Part shown: in pieces, positions 56,612 through 64,000 of the stretch | Numbering within the stretch: position 1 is the stretch's first letter | Layout: each line of letters starts with the position of its first letter | DNA from: Anaerolineales bacterium | GTDB taxonomy: Bacteria > Chloroflexota > Anaerolineae > Anaerolineales > RBG-16-64-43 | Reading direction: 5' to 3' | Assembly (NCBI GenBank): GCA_034430775.1 | Contig: DAOUDU010000248.1 | Location: 144,120-208,119 of the forward strand | Length of the DNA stretch: 64,000 nucleotides | Notes under the pieces: model-generated | The model's input: the letters and a program-made list of their open reading frames with translations, nothing else | Told to the model about the DNA's origin: nothing | Database searches by the model: none | Position numbers and translations under genes: made by a program

Positions 56612-58282
56612 TTACTCTTTCAGAACCGCACCCTGGCTGGCGCTGGTAACGAACCGGGAATAGCGGCGCAGCCAGCGGCTTTCCACACGGGATTGGAACG
56701 GGTGCAGTGCGGCGATCCTTGCGCGGATCTCTTCGTCGCTCAGGTGGACGTGGATCGTCCTCCGGTCGACGTCAATTTCGACCATATCGCCGGGCTTGAG
56801 CGCAGCGATGGGGCCGCGGGCGGCCGCTTCCGGAGATACATGCCCGATGCAGGCGCCGCGCGTACCGCCGGAAAACCGTCCGTCGGTGATGAGCGCTACG
56901 CTTTCGCCCAGACCCATCCCCATGATCGCCGATGTCGGCGAAAGCATCTCCTGCATCCCGGGTCCGCCGCGCGGCCCTTCATAGCGGATGACCACCACCT
57001 CGCCGGATTGAACCTCCCCGGCGAGAATGCCGGTTAACGCCTCCTCCTGGCTTTCGTAAATCCGGGCCGGGCCGGTGTGCTGGCGCATCGCGGCCGTTAC
57101 GCCCGCGGCCTTGATCACGGCTCCGTCCGGCGCCAGGTTGCCGAACAGGATCGCGAGTCCCCCGGTCTGCGAATGCGGATCTTCCACCGGGCGGATCACC
57201 TTCTCGTTTTTTACGACGGCATGGCGGATGTTTTCGCGCAGCGTTTTACCCGTCACGGTCGGACGGTCCAGATGCAGCAGGGAATCCTCCTTGCTTGCCA
57301 CCTCGTGCAAAATCGCCGGGATCCCGCCCGCCTTATGCAGGTCCGCGATGTGCCACGGCCCGGAGGGGCTGATTTTGGTCAAGTGCGGGATTTTTTCCGC
57401 GAGCTGATTGATGCGCGCGATGGGATATTCGATCGCCGCCTCGTCGCAGAAGGCCAGCGTGTGCAAAACCGTGTTGGTGCTGCCGCCCATCGCCATATCC
57501 AGCGCGAAGGCGTCATCCACCGCCTCGGACGTCACCAGATCTCGCGGGAGGATATTTTGCTTGATGAGTTTGAGAATCTGCGCCCCGGCTCTATCGGCCA
57601 GCGCGTTGCGTTCTGCGGATTTGGCCAGCGCCGTCCCGTTATACGGGAACGCCAACCCGAGCACTTCCAGCAGGCAGTTCATCGAATTGGCGGTAAACAA
57701 CCCGGAGCAGGAACCGCACGACGGGCAAGCATACCGCTCGAGTACCTTAAGCCTCTTCTCGGTAATGCCACCGGCTTTAAAGGATCCGATACCTTCGAAA
57801 ACCGAGATCAGATCCACCGCCTCGCCTTCAGGCGTGCGGCCGGTGCGCATCGGTCCGCCGGATACGAATATCGCCGGGATGTTCACCCGCAAGGCGGCCA
57901 TCACCATCCCCGGGACGATTTTGTCGCAATTGGGAATGCACACCATTCCGTCGAAAGGATGGGCCATAATCATCGTCTCGACGCAGTCGGCAATCAGCTC
58001 GCGCGAGGGAAGGCTGAACTTCATCCCGGCGTGCCCCATAGCGATCCCGTCGCCGACGGCGATCGTATTGAACTCGAAGGGCACGCCGCCCGCCTTGCGG
58101 ATGGCCTCCTTTACCCGCCGCCCGAACGATTGCAGGTGCACATGTCCGGGAACGATATCGGTGTAGGAATTCACCACCGCAATAAAGGGTTTGTTGAAAT
58201 CACCCTCCGCCACACCCACGGCACGTAACAACGCCCTGTGCGGCGCCTTCTCATATCCCTTTTTCATCACATCGGATCGCAT
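56612..58282 (-). CDS. ilvD: dihydroxy-acid dehydratase
   Basis: Motifs CDKIVPGM and [28 protein letters not shown] precedes ATG 58282. Confidence 0.93.
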   Translation of the reverse strand: MRSDVMKKGYEKAPHRALLRAVGVAEGDFNKPFIAVVNSYTDIVPGHVHLQSFGRRVKEAIRKAGGVPFEFNTIAVGDGIAMGHAGMKFSLPSRELIADCVETMIMAHPFDGMVCIPNCDKIVPGMVMAALRVNIPAIFVSGGPMRTGRTPEGEAVDLISVFEGIGSFKAGGITEKRLKVLERYACPSCGSCSGLFTANSMNCLLEVLGLAFPYNGTALAKSAERNALADRAGAQILKLIKQNILPRDLVTSEAVDDAFALDMAMGGSTNTVLHTLAFCDEAAIEYPIARINQLAEKIPHLTKISPSGPWHIADLHKAGGIPAILHEVASKEDSLLHLDRPTVTGKTLRENIRHAVVKNEKVIRPVEDPHSQTGGLAILFGNLAPDGAVIKAAGVTAAMRQHTGPARIYESQEEALTGILAGEVQSGEVVVIRYEGPRGGPGMQEMLSPTSAIMGMGLGESVALITDGRFSGGTRGACIGHVSPEAAARGPIAALKPGDMVEIDVDRRTIHVHLSDEEIRARIAALHPFQSRVESRWLRRYSRFVTSASQGAVLKE

Positions 58283-58309
58283 CGGTTCTCCTTCCGCCCG
58301 GATCGGGCA

Positions 58310-58341
58310 TAAAAAAGGGCTGCCTTGCTGGGCAGCCCGGG
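58310..58341 (-). terminator. attenuator terminator between the leader ORF and ilvD
   Basis: The minus strand reads GGGCTGCC-cagcaa-GGCAGCCC-TTTTTT and ends ~28 nt before the ilvD ATG. Confidence 0.75.
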
Positions 58342-58375
58342 TTTCCGTACACTTTTCTTTTTACTTTCAGTCTCT

Positions 58376-58477
58376 TTACGATGCCTCTCCAAGGGCTGCC
58401 CGTGCGTAATTATGGCTCCCGCCAAGGACGAGAACCAGGATCGCAATAACAACCACGAGGAGTATATTCGACATCAT
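58376..58477 (-). CDS. ilv leader peptide (33 codons, Ile/Leu/Val-rich)
   Basis: Reverse complement of 58376-58477 translates to MMSNILLVVVIAILVLVLGGSHNYARAALGEAS-stop. 13 of residues 5-18 are I, L or V. It is too short for the ORF track. Confidence 0.7.
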   Translation of the reverse strand: MMSNILLVVVIAILVLVLGGSHNYARAALGEAS

Positions 58478-58538
58478 AGGATTTTATTTCTTGGGTAATT
58501 CTAAACCAAGATAAAATCGCTGTCTATAAGCATGATTC

Positions 58539-58566
58539 ATAATATTTACCCAATTTCATTGTACAA
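58539..58566 (-). promoter_or_regulatory. candidate promoter TTGTAC-16-TATTAT for the ilv leader
   Basis: Reverse complement reads TTGTACaatgaaattgggtaaaTATTAT. It lies in the AT-rich divergent region. Confidence 0.35.
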
Positions 58567-58597
58567 TATGCACAAAATACACTGCAGCAAAAAATAA

Positions 58598-58626
58598 TTA
58601 GGATAATAAAAGTCCTAATATTAGGA
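58598..58626. promoter_or_regulatory. TTAGGA / TCCTAA / TTAGGA triple half-site including the 14-bp perfect palindrome TCCTAATATTAGGA
   Basis: Half-sites at 58598-58603, 58613-58618 and 58621-58626. The last one contains the AGGA Shine-Dalgarno of the PucR-like gene (ATG 58632). Confidence 0.45.
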
Positions 58627-58631
58627 TAAAA

Positions 58632-60233
58632 ATGATCTTCAACTCACCTGTCCCGCTCCAAACATTGCTGGATCTGATTCCGTCGGACTCATTTAGATGG
58701 ATATCCGGAGAAGAGACCGCATCCTCCGTACTTATCACCTGGATTGCGCTTGGAGCGGCAAACGGCAAACACGGTGATTTTCTCCTGCTGACCGGCGATG
58801 AATCCACCGCTGAGCAGATGGAAACCGCACTCTCCGGCGACTCATCTGCGATTGGAATAGTCGGCGGAACGCCGTTCGACGGCGATCGGCTGGCCGGCAA
58901 GCCGGTCCTTCATTTTTTAATTGCGCCGGATCCCGGATTAGCCCCGGAAGCACAAATGCGCGCGACCCATCAACTCCTGCTTCGGGCACTGATGGCGCAA
59001 AGATCCATCCGCATTGAACGCGGCGCCAACATTCAGACCCGCCTGACTCAAATCGCCGCCCGGGGCGATGGGTTGGCCGGTCTGGCGGGGGCGATGCGGG
59101 AAATGACCCAGCACGGGATCCTGATTCAGGATAAACGCCTTTCACCGCTGGCTTCCAGCCCGAGCCCGGACTTGCGCTCGATTTGGAACGATCTGCTGAC
59201 GCAGCTTTCCGAATTTTCGACTCTCCCGGAAACCCTGCGCGACCGGCGCCAGGCGGACGAAGCGCCGGCCGCTTCTTCGGAGCCTCTGCCCGGCGGGTTG
59301 GAACGCATGATCGTCCCGATCGTCGTCGGCGACGTGGCGCGCGGATACCTCACGGTGGTGGGAATGCAGGGTGAGATGGATCAGACCGACCAACTGGTGG
59401 TGGAACAAGGCGCTCTGGTGTGTGCGATTGAAATGGCGCGCGCCAAGGCGGTGCGTGAAACTGAGAAGCGCCTGCACGGCGACTTGCTGTCCGCGCTCCT
59501 GCACCAGAATCTTTCCGCGCGCGACGCCCATCTCTGGGCCCAGAATATGGGGCTGGACTTGGCGCAGCAGCACACGGCAGTGCGTTTCGCATGGGATGGG
59601 CCTTCGCCGACTCTCCGCCGGCTGGAGACGCTGGTAAACGGCGAGGTTGCCCATTCCGGAGCACCGGTGATCGTTTCCTCGCTCAGCGGGGAGGTGATTG
59701 CTTTTTGTGAGAGTCCGCGCGAAGCGGTCCGTCCGGCCGCAGCGATCTCCCTGGCCCAGAGGGTGATCGAGTTGGCGTCGAAAGAGTTTCCCGAATCCGT
59801 GGTGCGGTGCGGGATCGGAACCCCCGCGGGAGAACTTGGGGTATGGCAGCTTTCGTTCCGCCAGGCCGGCCAGGCGCTCGATATGGCGCGCCGGCTGGGC
59901 GAACGCAAGCCCCTGTTCTATATGGACCTGTCCGTATATCGGCTGCTGCTGCAGTTCGAAGATCATCCCGACCTGAAAGCGTTCGTCCAGGAGACACTCG
60001 GCCCGATCCTCAATCACGAAAACACGGATGAAATGCTCGCCACCCTGGAAGAATTCTTTGCCCATCACGGAAATCTCTCACAAACCGCCGAGGCGCTTTT
60101 TATCCATCGCAATACGCTTACCTACCGCATGGACCGGTTGGCGGCGGTTTCGCAGCTGGATCTGGAAAATCCTGACACACGGCTGGCGGTGCAATTGGCG
60201 CTCAGCATCCGGCGTATGCTCAAAGCCGCATAA
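58632..60233 (+). CDS. PucR/CdaR-family transcriptional regulator
   Basis: C-terminal HTH NLSQTAEALFIHRNTLTYRMDRL. 533 aa. Confidence 0.85.
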   Translation: MIFNSPVPLQTLLDLIPSDSFRWISGEETASSVLITWIALGAANGKHGDFLLLTGDESTAEQMETALSGDSSAIGIVGGTPFDGDRLAGKPVLHFLIAPDPGLAPEAQMRATHQLLLRALMAQRSIRIERGANIQTRLTQIAARGDGLAGLAGAMREMTQHGILIQDKRLSPLASSPSPDLRSIWNDLLTQLSEFSTLPETLRDRRQADEAPAASSEPLPGGLERMIVPIVVGDVARGYLTVVGMQGEMDQTDQLVVEQGALVCAIEMARAKAVRETEKRLHGDLLSALLHQNLSARDAHLWAQNMGLDLAQQHTAVRFAWDGPSPTLRRLETLVNGEVAHSGAPVIVSSLSGEVIAFCESPREAVRPAAAISLAQRVIELASKEFPESVVRCGIGTPAGELGVWQLSFRQAGQALDMARRLGERKPLFYMDLSVYRLLLQFEDHPDLKAFVQETLGPILNHENTDEMLATLEEFFAHHGNLSQTAEALFIHRNTLTYRMDRLAAVSQLDLENPDTRLAVQLALSIRRMLKAA

Positions 60234-60247
60234 ATCCTTTCTCCGAA

Positions 60248-60330
60248 ACGCACGATGAAGCGCAGAAGGACGCACAGGTTTTTTTGGCCTATGCGTCCTT
60301 CCGGTTTTCCTTACGTGCTTTTCGCGAAGA
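60248..60330. repeat. family-1-like inverted-repeat element, copy E; terminator-like
   Basis: GAAGGACGCACAGG-tttttttgg-CCTATGCGTCCTTC forms a 14-bp stem with one mismatch. It is flanked by ACGCACGATGAAGCGCA and TTTTCCTTACGTGCTTTTCGCG. Confidence 0.55.
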
Positions 60331-60428
60331 ATCCTTGTTTTCGCCGCCCTGCTTATTCCAAGCACCCGATCCGCTTATAATATCCGCATTCAATATTTTC
60401 CGGCTGAAAACCCTCATGGAGGATTCTT

Positions 60429-61541
60429 GTGGACATCCGTCCCGTTCGGACCAAAAAGGACCTTTCCGATTTTATCGAATTGCCGTACCGGTTATACCGC
60501 CGTGATCCCATCTGGGTGCCTCCGCTCCGCAGCGATCAATGGAACCAGTTCGATCCGAAACGCAATCCGATGCTCGACCATTGTGAATACGCCCTGTTCC
60601 TCCTGCTGGATGGTCCGGAAGTTGTCGGCCGGATTTCCGCTTTTATCGACCGGTTGGCCGTTGAGTGGTGGAAGGAACCGATCGGCTTGTTTGGATCGTT
60701 TGAATGCATTGCCGACGAAGCCGCCGGCCGATTGCTGCTTGCCGCAGCGCAGGATTGGCTTTCCGTACGCGGTATGAAAGCGATGCGCGGACCATGGTCC
60801 TTCGCCTCACAGGAATGGGGATTGGTCGTGGATGGATTCACCCCATCCCCCGTCATCATGGCGCCGTACAATCCGCCGGCATACAATGCGTACTTGACCC
60901 ACTTCGGGCTGACCAAGGTAAAGGATTTGCTCGTGTATTACGTTGACTCAAAAGAGGGTTATAAAATCCCTGAAAAATATCTTCGCTTAACCACCCGGAT
61001 TCAGGAACGGTTGAAAGTAACCGTTCGATCGGTAGATATGCGAAATCTCGAAAATGAGGTGGCAACATTTGTCCGTCTTGCGAATAGATCGATAGCCAAT
61101 AATTGGGGGTTCTACCCGGTGACCGAAGATGAAGGAAAGGCGATTGCGCGCGATATGAAGCCGGTGATTAACCCCAAGCTCGTCCTTTTTGCTGAAGATG
61201 CGCAAGGCCAAGCCATCGGATTTGCCATAGCGCTGCCGGACGTCAATACGCTCCTGAAGGGTTTGAACGGTCGGTTACTCCCCTTCGGGTGGTTGAAACT
61301 GCTGTTCGGTCTGCCGCGCCTCCGGCAGTACCGCATGTGGGCGCTGGGGGTGTTGCCGGAATATCACGGAAAAGCCGTAGATGCCCTCATGTACCGGAAA
61401 CTGTATGAGACCGTGGCGGATCAGGATGTTCGGATGGAGATCAATTACGTTCTGGAAGACAACTACCCGATGAACAACGCGCTGGATAACCTCGGCGCCA
61501 AATACCTTCGCCGCTATCGGGTATATCAGAAAGCCATATAA
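60429..61541 (+). CDS. hypothetical protein, possibly GNAT-fold acyltransferase-like
   Basis: 370 aa with a GTG start. The N-terminus IRPVRTKKDLSDFIELPYRLYRRDPIWVPPL recalls a family usually annotated as N-acetyltransferase; this is unverified. Confidence 0.7.
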   Translation: MDIRPVRTKKDLSDFIELPYRLYRRDPIWVPPLRSDQWNQFDPKRNPMLDHCEYALFLLLDGPEVVGRISAFIDRLAVEWWKEPIGLFGSFECIADEAAGRLLLAAAQDWLSVRGMKAMRGPWSFASQEWGLVVDGFTPSPVIMAPYNPPAYNAYLTHFGLTKVKDLLVYYVDSKEGYKIPEKYLRLTTRIQERLKVTVRSVDMRNLENEVATFVRLANRSIANNWGFYPVTEDEGKAIARDMKPVINPKLVLFAEDAQGQAIGFAIALPDVNTLLKGLNGRLLPFGWLKLLFGLPRLRQYRMWALGVLPEYHGKAVDALMYRKLYETVADQDVRMEINYVLEDNYPMNNALDNLGAKYLRRYRVYQKAI

Positions 61542-61562
61542 GCAACGAAAAAGGAGACGCCC

Positions 61563-62030
61563 ATGACAACGAACGCGATTGTCCCGCTTCACGATGCCGT
61601 ACTATGCCAAATTGGATTCGTTGCAAAAGACGCCGACCGGGTCGCCCGGAAAATATCCGAAATCACCGGCCTGAAGCCCGGCGAACCGATTCTCACCGAC
61701 GGCTATGAAAAAGCCCGCACCCAGTTTCGGGGTAATCCAACCCAGGCGAGAGCCAAGCTGATCTTCTTCAATATGGGGCAGGTCTCCATAGAGATCATCG
61801 AGCCGATCGGCGGCCCCAGCACGTGGAAGGAATTCCTCGACAAACACGGCGACGGCGTTCACCACATCGCCTTCACCGTGAAATCGACAAAAGCGGCGGC
61901 CGACGATCTGTCCGCGCACGGCATACCCCCGATCCAGAGCGGTGTGTTCGAAGGAGGAAGCTACGTTTATTCCGACGCCGAAAAGGAGTTGGGAGTCATT
62001 CTCGAGCTTCTCGATTCCACTTCCGGATGA
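61563..62030 (+). CDS. VOC-family (glyoxalase / methylmalonyl-CoA epimerase-like) protein
   Basis: IGFVAKD ... SIEIIEPIGGPSTWKEFLDKHGDGVHHIAF ... ILELLD. Confidence 0.82.
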   Translation: MTTNAIVPLHDAVLCQIGFVAKDADRVARKISEITGLKPGEPILTDGYEKARTQFRGNPTQARAKLIFFNMGQVSIEIIEPIGGPSTWKEFLDKHGDGVHHIAFTVKSTKAAADDLSAHGIPPIQSGVFEGGSYVYSDAEKELGVILELLDSTSG

Positions 62031-62128
62031 TTTTCTAGCCATATTTGCTTCTGGTCGGAGGGCTGATAATCCTGCCCGGGGCTCGGGTGGCACTGCGACA
62101 CAGACGCACGTAAAGAAATACTCTTTTT

Positions 62129-62203
62129 TACCACCAAGACACAAAGACGCTAAGGCAATAGGGATTCCGCAAACATCTTTCGTGTCTTGGTGTCTTGGTG
62201 GTA
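62129..62203. repeat. family-1-like inverted-repeat element, copy D (convergent junction)
   Basis: TACCACCAAGACACAAAGACG ... TCTTTCGTGTCTTGGTGTCTTGGTGGTA. Confidence 0.55.
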
Positions 62204-62226
62204 TTACATCATTATTTCAATTTGAT

Positions 62227-63219
62227 TTAGGATTGTTTGGATATTTCCATCGCTTCCGCAAACAATGATTCATACTCCGCGACATTCGAACACAATACAA
62301 GCCGCGAGCGCAGCTTCCCCACGCTGGTTAAATGATGCACATACCGCACGGCATGCTTCCGGAAGATAAGGCAGCCGTATTCGGGACCGTACAATTCGAT
62401 CATCATCCCCAGGTGGCGGCGGGCCATGGCGATGCTTTCCGCAAGCGGGATACTTTCCTTTTCGCGCCGTGAAAATATCCATGGGTGGCCTATGGCCGCG
62501 CGGCCGATCATGACCCCGTCGCAATGCGTCTCCCGCTTAATCGCATCCATATCACCGGGGGTGCGCACATTGCCGTTTCCCAGTATGGGAATTCGCGCAC
62601 GGGCTTTAATCTCCGCGATCGCGGACCAGTCGACCGGGCCGGAGAGCGCCTGTTCCTTGGTCCGCGCGTGCACGGCGATTAACGCGCAACCGTTGTCTTC
62701 GAGTGCTTTGGCCACCTCGAGGTAATTGCGGCTGCGGTCATCCCATCCCAGCCGGATTTTTGCCGTGACCGGGATTCTCAAGGCGACCGAGAGCGCGGCA
62801 AACAGCCGCCCGAGCCGCGCCGGATCCTTCAGCATCCCCGCCCCCGCGCCGCGTTCGGCGATTTTTCGGATCGCGCAGCCAAGGTTGAGATCGATGATAT
62901 CCGGACCCAGGTCCTGCAGGACGCGCGCAATTTCCACCAGCCGTTCGTCCACATGCCCGTAGATCTGGAAAGCCACCGGACGTTCCATTTCCGAATATTT
63001 CAACTTGAGTCTTGCCGCACTCTCCGCACGGCGGGAATGGGCGATTTCATCGACGTTAACGAACTCGGTGTACACCATCGCCGATCCGAGTTCGCGGCAG
63101 ATCACGCGGAAGGGCCAGTCGGTGAAGCCATCCATCGGCGCGAGGACCAGGTCGCCGCGGACGGGGATTGTACCGATGGAGAAGACGGGGGGTTCGGCGG
63201 CGCGCTTGGAGCAGGTCAT
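62227..63219 (-). CDS. tRNA-dihydrouridine synthase
   Basis: Motifs LAPMDGFTDWPFRVICRELG, DLNLGC and AVHARTKEQ. Confidence 0.9.
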   Translation of the reverse strand: MTCSKRAAEPPVFSIGTIPVRGDLVLAPMDGFTDWPFRVICRELGSAMVYTEFVNVDEIAHSRRAESAARLKLKYSEMERPVAFQIYGHVDERLVEIARVLQDLGPDIIDLNLGCAIRKIAERGAGAGMLKDPARLGRLFAALSVALRIPVTAKIRLGWDDRSRNYLEVAKALEDNGCALIAVHARTKEQALSGPVDWSAIAEIKARARIPILGNGNVRTPGDMDAIKRETHCDGVMIGRAAIGHPWIFSRREKESIPLAESIAMARRHLGMMIELYGPEYGCLIFRKHAVRYVHHLTSVGKLRSRLVLCSNVAEYESLFAEAMEISKQS

Positions 63220-64000
63220 GCCTTATGCCGGTCGATGGCCAGAAGATCGCTCAAAATGGCGTAACCGGTTTCCAGCCGTCCGGCACCGGGTCCGATCACC
63301 GTGACCTCGCCCAGCCAGCGGGTGGTGAAGGTGATCGCATTGGTCGCTCCGCGGACGGAAGCCAGCGGGTGCGTGCGCGGGATTCTTTCCGGGCGGACAC
63401 GCGCGGCCACACCCTCCGCCGTGCTTTCCAAAGAGGCGATCAGTTTCCAGACGTCACCCGCTTCCTCCGCTTCGCAGATATCTTCCTTCTTCAGGCGGGT
63501 GATGCCTTCCCGCGCGACATCCTCCATGCCGATCGGCGCATGCATCAGGACATTCGCCAGGATGACAAGCTTTCCCGCGGCATCGTATCCCTCCACATCT
63601 CCGGTCGGGTCGGCCTCGGCGTACCCCTTGGCCTGTGCTTCCGCCAACGCTTCGGCATACGGCTGTCCGTCCTGCATCTGTGTCAGGATGTAATTGGTCG
63701 TTCCGTTGACGATCCCCTGGACTTTTTCAACGCCCGCTCCGGAAAGCAATTCCGTCCCCAGGCGGAGTGCGGGCGTTCCACTCATCACCGTGCCTTCCAC
63801 GCCGAGTTCCACGCCATGCCGGGCGGCGAGTTCCGAAAGCGCCCGGTACTGGAGCGCCACCGGCCCTTTATTGGTCGTGATGGCGTGTTTCCCGGATTCC
63901 AGGGCGGCACGGATATGGCTGTTGGCCGGTTCCCCCGTCTGCAGGTCGGTCGGGCTGAGCTCGACCACGACATCCGATTCCGTCCCGCGGATCGTGCGGA
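63216..64000 (-). CDS. hom: homoserine dehydrogenase (5' end beyond the window)
   Basis: Motifs ITTNKGPVA, IVNGTTNYIL and GYAEADPTGDVEGYDAAGK, plus a C-terminal ACT-like region. The frame stays open to position 64000. 4-nt overlap with dus. Confidence 0.9.
   Translation of the reverse strand, partial: RTIRGTESDVVVELSPTDLQTGEPANSHIRAALESGKHAITTNKGPVALQYRALSELAARHGVELGVEGTVMSGTPALRLGTELLSGAGVEKVQGIVNGTTNYILTQMQDGQPYAEALAEAQAKGYAEADPTGDVEGYDAAGKLVILANVLMHAPIGMEDVAREGITRLKKEDICEAEEAGDVWKLIASLESTAEGVAARVRPERIPRTHPLASVRGATNAITFTTRWLGEVTVIGPGAGRLETGYAILSDLLAIDRHKA

Noticed and set aside
54546-58228. Long plus-strand ORFs (408 aa at 54546-55772 and 383 aa at 57077-58228, among others) opposite ilvB and ilvD.
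   Set aside because: Shadow ORFs. The minus strand carries unmistakable ilvB and ilvD motifs, and the plus-strand products have no motifs and a skewed composition.

Overview
Dense, high-GC (about 58-60 % by eye) bacterial chromosomal segment. Gene content and repeat style suggest a Chloroflexota/Anaerolineae-like organism; this is inference only. I call 53 protein-coding genes and two tRNAs: tRNA-His just downstream of hisS, and tRNA-Pro. I also call several near-consensus sigma70-type promoters, several intrinsic terminators and four families of intergenic palindromic repeats. The main blocks are listed below.
- (a) 1-9.8 kb: envelope and secreted proteins (WD40, FG-GAP-like, DUF3160-like, CapA-like) plus rubrerythrin.
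- (b) 10-19.3 kb: a GAF/HD-GYP gene, then a minus-strand cation cluster. It encodes an unknown 369-aa protein, a KimA-like APC permease, a P-type ATPase and two RCK (TrkA/CeoBC-like) proteins, all behind a consensus promoter and a ~220-nt leader.
- (c) 19.4-21.6 kb: class I aldolase and PPi-type phosphofructokinase.
- (d) 22.4-25.4 kb: a lone low-GC tyrosine integrase next to tRNA-His/hisS.
- (e) 25.5-30.2 kb: a divergent FHA-wHTH regulator / Ser-Thr kinase pair and a GH3 enzyme.
- (f) 30.5-40.8 kb: greA-lysS, a PGDH-like gene, an ECF sigma module, rplY and nrdR-nrdJ.
- (g) 44.7-58.5 kb: a 13.7-kb minus-strand branched-chain amino-acid supraoperon, ilvD-ilvB-ilvN-ilvC-leuA-(SAM methyltransferase)-leuC-leuD-cimA-(DmlA-like dehydrogenase)-leuB.

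The supraoperon is preceded by an unannotated 33-codon Ile/Leu/Val-rich leader ORF with terminator and antiterminator elements. That ORF is too short for the ORF track. The most interesting items are the ilv leader-peptide attenuator, the cation-transport cluster with its structured leader, the methyltransferase translationally coupled inside the leu genes, the FHA-wHTH/kinase pair, and the repeat families. All calls come from reading the sequence and from remembered family motifs; no searches were run.
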